In this document: piece by piece, positions 53,721 through 64,000 of the stretch
Position numbering within the stretch: the stretch's first letter is position 1
Layout of the letters: every line of letters begins with the position of its first letter
Assembly: GCF_009914755.1 (NCBI RefSeq)
Contig: NC_060934.1
DNA: 64,000 nt
Origin: the human T2T-CHM13v2.0 reference genome, Homo sapiens
Direction: 5' to 3' (one strand)
Made by a program: the position numbers and the translations under genes
Notes under the pieces: model-generated
Database searches by the model: none
What the model saw: only the letters and a program-made list of their open reading frames with translations
Told to the model about the DNA's origin: nothing

Positions 53721-54423
53721 CTCAGAAATCAAACTGGAGCCAATGGCGGACACTTGATGGAAGGTGTACTTCAATTTCTTCCATTCTATAGAAAAGCAAT
53801 ACAGTGGAAAGAGTATGGGATTTGGTGTCTTTCAGACAGGATTCCACTTGCAAGCCGTGTGATATGGGGCAGCTCACCAGATCCTGGACCTCCATAAACC
53901 CCTCTGCAACGTGGAGAGAATCAGATTTCCCCACAGACTCCATGAAGGGCTCCAGAGTGCCCTCCCCCGTTAGCCACTGATGCATTCATGAGGAAGAGAA
54001 AGAGTTAAATGCTCCTTTCGAGGAAGCGGTGGTGGCCGAGTGCTGTGGGCACTGTGAGATCAGAGCTGACAGCCCAGACTGAATCGCAACCCTCACTAGG
54101 GCCATCGCGTTTTGCAGGGAGCTCTTCCCAAGTGCCCACTTTCACTAAATTACAGAAAATACCTAACAGGATAGTTTCTTCGTGTTTTAAAAATCAATGA
54201 TCAATTTTTGTTTTGTTTTGTTTTTAAAATACAGTGTTTTCAGAGATAAGAGTATTACACTGGAAACCTGTTGTGACACAGAAAATTAGATGAGCCTGTG
54301 GTTGATTAAAACAGTCAAGTTGACCTACGTGTCATCTCAGTGCACAGTAAGGAAGCGTCTTCAGCTTAGAAAATTGCTGGGATGAACACAAACAAATCTA
54401 GTTCTTTGGAATGAGAATTTTCA

Positions 54424-54766
<343 letters not shown>

Positions 54767-55545
54767 AGAAACTGCTGAGTCCTGAAATACTGATAAAATG
54801 ACCAGCCCTGTTCACGTTCAAAACCTGACACTTTTAGTGTCAGGGTGACCAGGAATTGTGGCTGTAAAGGAAGCCTGAGACTTCTCTGGTTCTGGCATGA
54901 AAGAATTTTCCAAAACTATGTAGACGCTGGGGCCTTACAAGTTTGATATTAGTGTAAACAAATGTATTCTCAACAAGAATATAGATGAGTTTGCAATGAA
55001 TTTCAGAATACTTAACTCCAGGCTTATAAGAGATTAAATAATTCTTTAAAATGGATTCTCAAGCACTTTATTTATGCTACTCATGGGAGCTACACTGGCA
55101 AGGGAGGTCACAGTTTCTGACGTGCCTTTTTTCTAAACTTCTGACTTTGTTTGTACACATGCAGAACATGTATTTAACTATTGGGATCCCAATCCTCTAT
55201 ATTGGGGGATTTTTCTTTATATTTTTTACCTTTTGATAAAGTAGATCTTTAGAAATCAGAATTCCTGAGTTTCCAGCACTGTCAAATTTAGGTTCTTGGG
55301 AATGCTGAGGTCTAACCTTGACTCTTTCAAATGAATGCTGGTGAACTTGTCTAAACTCCTGTTCCTGCATTCAGTTTCTCCCTCTGTGAAGCGGAGGCAA
55401 TGTCACTCCCTCCTTTTAAAATCCTTAAGGTTTGGGAAAGGTTTTCAGAGTAGTCAAATAATTTAATACCCTTAGGTAAAATGTGCTTTCAAATTGTATT
55501 TCTACCCATGGAAATGAAGATTAGTCTCTTCATTTTTTTTCTTAG

Positions 55546-55642
55546 AATGGCCACTGGGAGATTCTGCTAAAATAAAAGATTTTTTTTTTAATAGTGCTGT
55601 TCAGGGGTGTTCGGATTCGATTGCCTTTCTTCTAACTCAAGG
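55546..55642 (+). ncRNA. Candidate 97-nt internal exon
   Basis: Acceptor tctcttcattttttttcttAG| and donor AGG|GTGAGT. Confidence 0.35.
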
Positions 55643-56144
55643 GTGAGTTTCAGAGACCCTGGTTCACACAGGACGGGGCAACTTCCGTCGTGTCCTTCTC
55701 AGATGAGGCATCTCACACTCGTCTTGTCTTGTGAATAACTGCACAACTGGTCATGAGGAATGCTACAGTGTGGCCTGTCACGGGAGCCCACCTCGCACAC
55801 ATTTAAGGCCAATACACGTCTGGAGCTTTGACAGGGCTGTGTTTATGTCTGCCTTTCACGAAAATTGGTATTCCTCTCATCTTTTATTTCAGCAGTTACA
55901 GTTAAACTACACCTTGATGAACTACGCGTGTCTATTCTCCCCAGTTCCCGGCCCACCTCCCTCAGCAACCCTCCCACAAACTGAAATGGAAGCCGGGCTG
56001 TGAAACATGAAACAGGCTGTTATAAAACTGTATTTTATAGTTGCAGCATGTTACAGTTGAAGGTGTGTTTACGTAGCTGAGGAGACAGAAACACCAGTCT
56101 TCCCACTCCAGAGTTTACCTAACTTCCTTCAGGACTAAGGGTAG

Positions 56145-56558
<414 letters not shown>

Positions 56559-57700
56559 CCGCTTCTGGTTGTTAAATGCCATGAGCAAACATTTCCAAGT
56601 CATTGCCACGCTGTGGTTCTTCCATTTTAGGGACTCAGCAGCAAGAAGGCCCCTGTAAGAAGGCCTTGATGGAGGGAGCGTGGGACATCCTTGGTGACTT
56701 CGCCGTCCTCTCTTCTCCACTCCTTTGCTTCAGGCCACCTCCTGCTGTCACCCCTTCGGTTCCAGTCCTGCCGGCTGCTGAAGTGCCCTGGCTTGGAGAT
56801 TTGTGGTTGGGTGGGTGAAGCTCTTCTGCTTCATGTCTGCCTGTTTTCTGGTTTCCCCTTCCTGCCTCTCCCTTTCTCCCCTTCCTCCATTCCCTCCTTC
56901 TCCTTCGCCATTTCTCTTTCTCCTTCACCAGTCGGTGAGTGCCAGTCATGTGCTAGGCCCCACTTAGATCCTGAGGGTCTTGAGATAACCCCCCTCCTTC
57001 CAGGAGAACCTCGCATCACGACACTCCTTAGAGTGAGGCTGACTCAGCTTGGACTATGCAGAAGTTAGGACACATGGAGAAATCTGGCTGTGGTGGGTTC
57101 ACCCGTCTGCGTTTTGGTAGGCCCTTCCTTTCAGGTATAGGGCTGGGTGGTGAAGGGGCCCAGTGAAGCCCGGGGCCATGTGTTCCTTCAAGTTGCACAT
57201 GCCCACCTGCAACATTTAGTGGCATTTCTGATAACTCACTGTGTAAGGCTGTTTTGTGCTTGCGGCAGGATTTCTCCTCCGGTTTCTTACATAAAAATAT
57301 CATCCATCGCCTGGTGCAGGAGCAGGAACGGAGAGACGAGAGGCCAGGGTGGGTCTGAGGCTGTTCTCCAGTCACTTCAGGCTTGGCTCACAGCCCGACT
57401 TCCTGCCCCGCAGCCTCCTGCCCCTGTCGCCAGAATGGCTGAGCCTGTTGATGACAAAGCCACAGCTCACAGGCTGACAATTTTGTCTGGATTTCTATCA
57501 AGGCCGGGAGTGCAGTCAATAGCACATGCAGGAAATTTTAAAAGATCAAGAGCAGCTGACAACAAAATCCACTCTGGGATGTTTTTAACCAAACAATCAA
57601 GGATTCAGTGCTTTCCGGGGGTGAGGACCAAAATGGAGCAGGACTGGCGGCCAGCATCACCTCTTCCATCTTCCGTCTGTCCTGAACCACGAAGGACGGC

Positions 57701-57710
57701 CTAAAAATAG
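57701..57710. promoter_or_regulatory. Perfect MEF2 site CTAAAAATAG
   Basis: Exact match to CTA(A/T)4TAG in non-repeat sequence; function unproven. Confidence 0.4.
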
Positions 57711-59459
57711 CGCCTGGACCTTACACCATGGGTGCTTTTGTTATTTACCCTCTTTGGTCTTTTGAAAAACATCTTTATCGGAGCTGAGAGTCTCCCATCA
57801 TTTATGCTTATAGAGTCCTTTTTTCTGAAGTCGTGAACGTGCCTGTTCTCATTTCTGGGAAGTCAGTGACAGGACTTCTGTGAGGGGAAAGTGGCTTCAG
57901 CCGGGTTACGGAGGGAGGTGGTCGAAGAGTGAGGTGAGAGAACCAGGGCTTCTGGGGACAGAGCATGTGCTGGCTCAGTGGCTCTCTGATTCTTCCTAAG
58001 AAAGAACAGTACCCTCTTTGCCCTTCTCTACACAAAGCCCTCCCCAGGCTTCCCTCTGAACCACACCTTTCCTATGAGGCCCTCTGGGAAACTGAACCAG
58101 ACCCACAGTGCCTCTCGCCCCTCCTTCAAGTTATACTCCCAGGTGCCTGCCTCTGGCACATCTCAGGAGGGCAGGGGCCAAGCCTCTGCTCCATTTTGAA
58201 TGCCCGCAGACCCTGGTTGACAGTGATTCCTTCACCACAGCTAGTAAACCTGAGTGGAGGGGGCACCAAGTCCCCAGCACTAAATGGCGATTCAGACCTA
58301 AATCCCAAACGAGACGGCCGCCTAGGGCAGCTGACCTGCAGCCCCTGCAGACTGCAGTCTGCCGCTTTCAAGGCCGGCTTTCCCTTTCTCAGCTTCCCCA
58401 TGGGCTCTGGCCAGTCTTGTCATTTTGCCACGCTTTAGTTAACTCATCTGAATTGCAGTAAGATATTGCACAGAGAATTGTGAGTGGTGACAAAGAGACC
58501 CAGAGAATTCGTCTCCCAAAACTGGAAGTTCCATGGACATGGGATAACCATGCTGTGCCCATCTTCCTCGTAGGAGCAGCTGACTGAAAAGCCACGGCTG
58601 AGTGGGATCACCACTGAGTGGGATTGGCCCACCACTGGTACTGGCTTCAGAACGCTGACCACAGCCAGGGGAGGGTGGTCAGCCCGGGAGGCCACACACT
58701 GCAGCTTTCCTTCAGGAAAAGCCCGTGGTCCCGTGGGTATAAATCAAATGTAAGTTGGGTGGATTACTTGAAGCAGAGGATCCAGTCTCACTCCCGCCCC
58801 ACAGCCAGCGGGGAGCCTCCAATTCCTGGTGCTGGACACCCGCAGAGCCCCAGGCACCCCTAGCAGATGGCGAGTGTGTCCAGCTGTGCAGGCTGCAGCC
58901 CGGTGACTCGGGTGTCTGTGATCTGGTCTTATGCTCTGAGCTGATCCCCACACTCAGACCTCTGCCCCATGGCTGTGCATTCTGCTCACTGAGGTCTCTT
59001 CCCCAGTGGTCTCAAGGAAAACACGAAAGGCAAGGATGGTGAGCATGATGAACATTTCCTGTGGGAGACAGAGTTGCAGGCATTCTCAGAAAAGGAGGGA
59101 GCTTTGGAATGGGCTGGAGATGAAGGTGCATCACAGTGGGAAGGAAAGCCAGTCTCCACGGAGACGTGGGAGGGAGGTCAGCATGGAAGGGAGAAGGGAC
59201 CAGGCCTGCTCCCAACACCACAGGCTGCCAAGAGCCCAGACACAGAGAAGGATAAGGAAACACTCGTGTGGGTGTCAGGGTTTGTCCTCATTTGCTTCAT
59301 GCTGCTGCTCCCCGGCTTAATTGCTTCATAAATCTTGAACAATTTATGAACCTCCCCGAGCCCCAGTTTTGTCATCCGTAATATGGCTGTTAAATTACAT
59401 ACCTCTCCAGCAATAAGCAGATTTAATGAGAAAAAACATATAAAGAATAACAACAAATA

Positions 59460-60230
59460 TCATAAAACACCTTGGAGTATTTTTAAGGAAAATCAGTGTG
59501 ATTGCAATCAAGAAAGTTACAAAACTTTATTGGCATATAAAATGTACACAAAAAATAACATACACATTTGAACAATATCATATTCCTGAATATGAAAATG
59601 ACTGTTGTGAGAATATCAGTTGTTCCTAGATTAATGCACACATTTGGTGTAGGTCATTTCAATATCCTCCTGGCTATTTTAGAAACAGAACAAATTCTAA
59701 AGTTACAGTGAAAATAATAATGTGAGTGTTCAACATAAATCTTTGAATAAAAAGATTGGTTTTTATAATTATTAAACAATGTTATCAGGATACAATGCTC
59801 AAAATAATTTGGTTATGAATAGACAAATCAATGAAACAGAATAAATAATTCAAAGACCTTGGCTCATGAATGAATAAGCTATATGGTTCATAAAGCAACA
59901 CAAATACTCATAAATAAAAATATTTTCCACAAATCACATGATAATAACCTGCTTGCAGTTGGGGAGAAAGAGTAATTTAGTCCTAAAGAAAAAGCAAATT
60001 TCAGATTAACTTAAAAGTTAAAATACAGAGCAACCAAAAGCAGATGAAAGAAAAAAATGTCATCATGTGTTTTGAGGATGGGTCTGCCCTCCATTCTGTG
60101 GCTCAGAAACTCAATTTTTTTTAACCATCCCAGGGTTGAGTGAATCCCTGTACACTGATTTGAGCTGTCCAAATTCATAAAACCAACGTATAAAATATAG
60201 AGCCTAATTAATTGACAAGGAGACATGGAT
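59460..60230 (+). mobile_element. Ancient L1M ORF2 fragment
   Basis: A-rich; aacaaattctaaagttacagtgaaa and gaatagacaaatcaatgaaacagaata resemble L1 ORF2. Confidence 0.7.
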
Positions 60231-61289
60231 CTGCCTGGGGGTCCTTTTCCCACGCCCACAGGGTGCTATGGTGAGTGTGGCATCAGAGCGGGAAAAGGCT
60301 GCACCTGAGGCCGTGTGGGACCTGCAGGCTGCTGCACCCATCTGTCAAGCCTGAATTGCTGCACACACTCAGATCCAGCCAATGGCACTGCATTCCTTTA
60401 TTTTCCCAGATGTCACAAAACCTCCTTGAGCACACTGCCCCAGTGTTGGTGGGCAGGCAGACGTCTTCGCTGCAAGGTCAGCTCGCCTTTAGGGTGGTGT
60501 GCAAAGTCCAGAAAGCATTTGGTGAGCCTCCCTCTCTCCAGGAGGAGGGCTCTGGTCCTTCAGTTCTCATGTGTTATAGCCACAGGGCAGTGCTGGCCCC
60601 AGCAGGCAAGGGGAGGCTTTGGGGTGACGCTTCCCCTGATGTGGTGGTCAGAGTCCCCCCACTGGCTCCTGGCCATGCCATGCTTTTCTCTGCAGCTTCC
60701 TTCTCAGCTGTACCTCCAGAGGCCCTGTCCCACTGGAGCACATGTGTCCAGGCAGGTTTGGCACCCAGACTCCTGGGGCCAGTAACCATCACCTCTCTCT
60801 CAGATGCAACTTGTCCTCTTCCAAATCTTTTGCGCAAAATAGGGTGCATCCATCTGGTCCCTCTGGAAGACAGAGGCCTGCCCATTGCCAAGTCATCCAT
60901 AGGAGAGGACTGTGTAATTTGTTTTCTGAAATAAGGCAGTTTTGAGAGTGAGATGGGGAGGGAGTTGTTACTGATGATACTGAGAAAATAGGAGTAAACT
61001 AGGGCTACCCAGCATCCCCCCAACACTCTAACTGATATGAACACTTTTTCTGGGCTCCTCGGGCCAGCCCACCCTCTTCTGATGGTCACATTCTTCAGCT
61101 ACTTTGGTGCCTTCAACACTGTTTCATTTTTGGCTGCCTCCACCCCTTCAGGGTAACTTCTCAAATTGCTATACTCACTGATTATGGGTCAGCTGTTACA
61201 GCAGAAGAACTCTCAAAGGAAATCTTATTTCCAAGTTCCTGAGGGCATCTTAGGATGGTTGTCCACTCACTTCCTCTCCCCTGCCCCTT

Positions 61290-61710
61290 ACTCCCCTACC
61301 CGTTGGGGAAATTTATCTTAACAAAACAATCTGAAATTGTACTATTATTTAAAATAATGCAGAAATAAAGCCCCAAGAGCAATGCAAATGTTCAACATAA
61401 GGAACTGTCCAAGTAAAGCTGACACTGTGGCGATGAATGGTTCATGTTTAGGAAGGTGATGATTTTGGAGAATTTGGCAACATGGAAATTGTATATGCTG
61501 TAATGGTTAATGAAAAATTAGAAAGGAGGCTATACAGTTGTAACACTTTGACCATAATTATATAAAAATAATAACAAATACAGTAAGATGTTGGGGTGAA
61601 AACAATTGCCAGCATGGTAACAATAACTTTGCTTCAATTATGGGATTAGGGCTGATTTTTTTTTCTCTCTCTTTTACTATTCTCCAATTTTTCTGGAATG
61701 TGGTTCACAT
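61290..61710 (+). mobile_element. L1ME 3' fragment
   Basis: ctattatttaaaataatgcagaaat...atgttcaacataagg...ttctccaattttttctg. Confidence 0.55.
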
Positions 61711-62559
61711 AATGGAAACAATGCTCTCTCCCTCCCCTTCTGCAGGAATTAAATGAGGTAATGATTATAAAGTGCTTTTTCCTTTGTTTCTCCCCTCTCC
61801 ATAACCCCATTGTGTCCTGACGGACCTTGTCCTGAAAAAGAGGGAGAATGGGGCTTGGTTGGAGGATCTCTTGTTCCCAGGGCAAGGCTTTCTCTAGTTT
61901 TCTTCCTTGTCCTCGAACTGTGTCAACCTTGGGCCACAAATGAAATGCCCTCGACAACGCCAGTGGACTTATCTTGGGGATCTCTTGCACCTGCAAAGTG
62001 AAGGCCTCTGTATCCCTTCCACAAAAACTTCAACCCTGTCAAAAACAGCTTTGTTATGCGAAGTTTTATTGGGAAAGGAAGTGTCCCAAGAATTTCCTAT
62101 AGCTGAGCCTGTTACAAAAGTTCACTCCACCTCTCCAACACTCACTCAGGTTTCTAGCCGCCTTGGTGGTCCCCGCTCTCTCTCTCTCTGTGTTGAGCTG
62201 TGATTCCCTGCTCAGGTCTGAAGTGATTCTGGATTTCGCCTCATCTTGACATGTGTTTTCCACTTCTTCAATTTTACTTTCTTTTTTCTAGACCACTTGT
62301 GAAGAGGAAAGTTATTCCTCTTAAAGATGAAATATCTTTCCACCCTAACTAATGAAGGCATCCCAGTATGACCTTTCCCAGGACAGTCCTGGAGAAATGA
62401 ATGGCCCCCGACAGTGCTGGGCATGGGTCTGGGCCGGGGAGGGGCCAGCATTCTGCTCCCGAGGGAATCCTGAACACCGCTCTCATATTTTCTTCCACGA
62501 GCCAACTCAACCCAGAACAATGCCCTTAAAAACATTTCCTATGTCTTAGGTAAACTCTG

Positions 62560-62960
62560 CATTTGGTATTCTAAAGAGACTTGGAAATACATCACTGATA
62601 TTTATTTCAGCATCACTTGTAATATTGGACTATTGGACATATTCTGATGTCCATTAAGAGGGATCTGGTTTAATAAAGTATGGTCCATCTAACAAGGCCC
62701 AGAGCAGTGTATGCAGTAAGGTCTCATTTGTATTAAAATATATTTATATATGTAGGTAACTAGATGTGTATAGAATATTTCTGCAAAGATAGAGAAGAAA
62801 ACAGTAACGTTCTCCTCTGGGGAAGACAACCAGAGGGGCTGAAAGGCAGAGTGGAGAAGACCAATTGTTTTATTTTATTTTGTATTTCTTTGGTCCCTTT
62901 GAATTTTTTATTAATTTATATATATGTATATTTATATTTACTAGAAAAAAATTGAAACGT
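62560..62960 (+). mobile_element. L1ME 3' fragment
   Basis: gatgtccattaagagggatctggtttaataaagtatgg...tttggtccctttgaattttt. Confidence 0.55.
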
Positions 62961-64000
62961 ATAACTAGTGGGCATGCTAAGAGACCTTTCCATTTGGGTG
63001 CATTACCTCTTAGGATTACATTTTCTCATTTTCATCTATCTGCATTAAAAAGGGAAATAATTTCCATGCCTGTATCTTTGGGAAGCCCTCTCACCCTACT
63101 TTACAAAATTGCTTCAGGCTGCTACAAATATATTCAAGGTTTGTGTTCTTTATTTTTCAGCTCCTCACCCTCTTGGGAGCCACTTAAAAAATTTTCTGGC
63201 CAAGAACTTACCCCACCCCTCCTGGTTCCACCTGCAAGGGGTGGCAAGAAATCTAAAATATAAATACTGGAAAACTGATTTGTGATAAGAACGTAAGACA
63301 TAATATTTATATAAACTTTAGCTCTTGCAAGAGGTGCCTCGAGTATGCTGGGTGTTAGAACGATAAGGAGGGTGCAGCTTTCAGCAGCTGAGTTAAGGTG
63401 ATCTAAAATCGCTCACACGTGGATGGAGGAATTAATAAGTGGAGGGTGTAAGTTACGAGTCGCTCCTCCACACTCAGATGCAAGAAGCATCACATTTCTT
63501 TATTTTTCCAAATCAAATTACACCTGGCTCCGAGCATCTGCTCCCTAGGGTTAAGAAGAAACATGATGCTGGCTGTTCTCAGGGTTCCTTCCTCTTCAAT
63601 TAGATCATGCAGGGATCCTGGAGCCCAAGAGCCCTGGAAAGAGGCAAGAGCTGCTCCTCAGCCTGTGATCAGCATCACAGCTACTGCTATGTCCTCTTGG
63701 CTTCATGATTCCTTCATCTTTAGGGCTCTGTGGCTCAGGGACCACAGAAATGCCACTCATACCACATTGTTCTTGGCCTGAAGGAGGGTTTCCCGCTTGG
63801 CTCAGAAGCAGCAGAGGGTAATTTCCAGCTTCCATGCAGCTGTGAAGGACTGGCTCCCCAATCTCCAAAGCCCTAGCTACCCCCAGACCTTGGTTTGGAT
63901 GGGGACAGGTTCCCAGGGCTCACCTGCTCTTGATTGCCTGCCCGGGGCATCTTCCCAGTCTTGAAAACACCATTCTCCCTCTTCTGCTTGTACACAAACA

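Noticed and set aside
57147-57704. 185-aa ORF
   Set aside because: GTG start and no homology recognised; the region reads better as a regulatory element.
58860-58875. CTCF-like motif ctagcagatggcga (similar near-matches at about 672, 5597 and 25380)
   Set aside because: Each mismatches core positions and cannot be supported without ChIP data.
60275-60934. 219-aa + strand ORF, with an overlapping 171-aa - strand ORF
   Set aside because: GTG start, no recognisable domain, and overlapping ORFs in several frames, as expected by chance in GC-rich DNA.

Overview
Primate genomic DNA, most likely human (AluJ/AluS, L1PA7-like L1, MST/MLT MaLR LTRs, MER1/MER5/MER8/MER53/MER58, L2, MIR). I found no recognisable protein-coding gene, RNA gene, CRISPR array or prokaryotic feature; the only ORFs with recognisable homology are transposon-derived (L1 ORF1/ORF2, the MaLR internal ORF, an L2 RT remnant). 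A CpG-rich promoter-like island at about 4.4-5.3 kb has a strong + strand splice donor, suggesting an unidentified, probably non-coding transcript running rightwards. The most unusual structures are: (1) a 350-bp unique segment copied from 1.5 kb away into an L1 fragment that sits in the 5' LTR of a full-length MST provirus, with the donor boundary coinciding with an Alu target-site duplication; (2) an AT-rich, poly(A)-tailed non-TE insert at about 50.7-51.3 kb that looks like an orphan retrocopy or 3' transduction; (3) a 176-bp fold-back palindrome beside a 5'-intact but 3'-truncated L1PA; (4) a well-formed candidate exon between inverted Alus; (5) a MEF2/E-box enhancer-like cluster. Repeat subfamily calls come from remembered consensus sequences and boundaries of old repeats are approximate. 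I see no evidence for a wholly new biological system.
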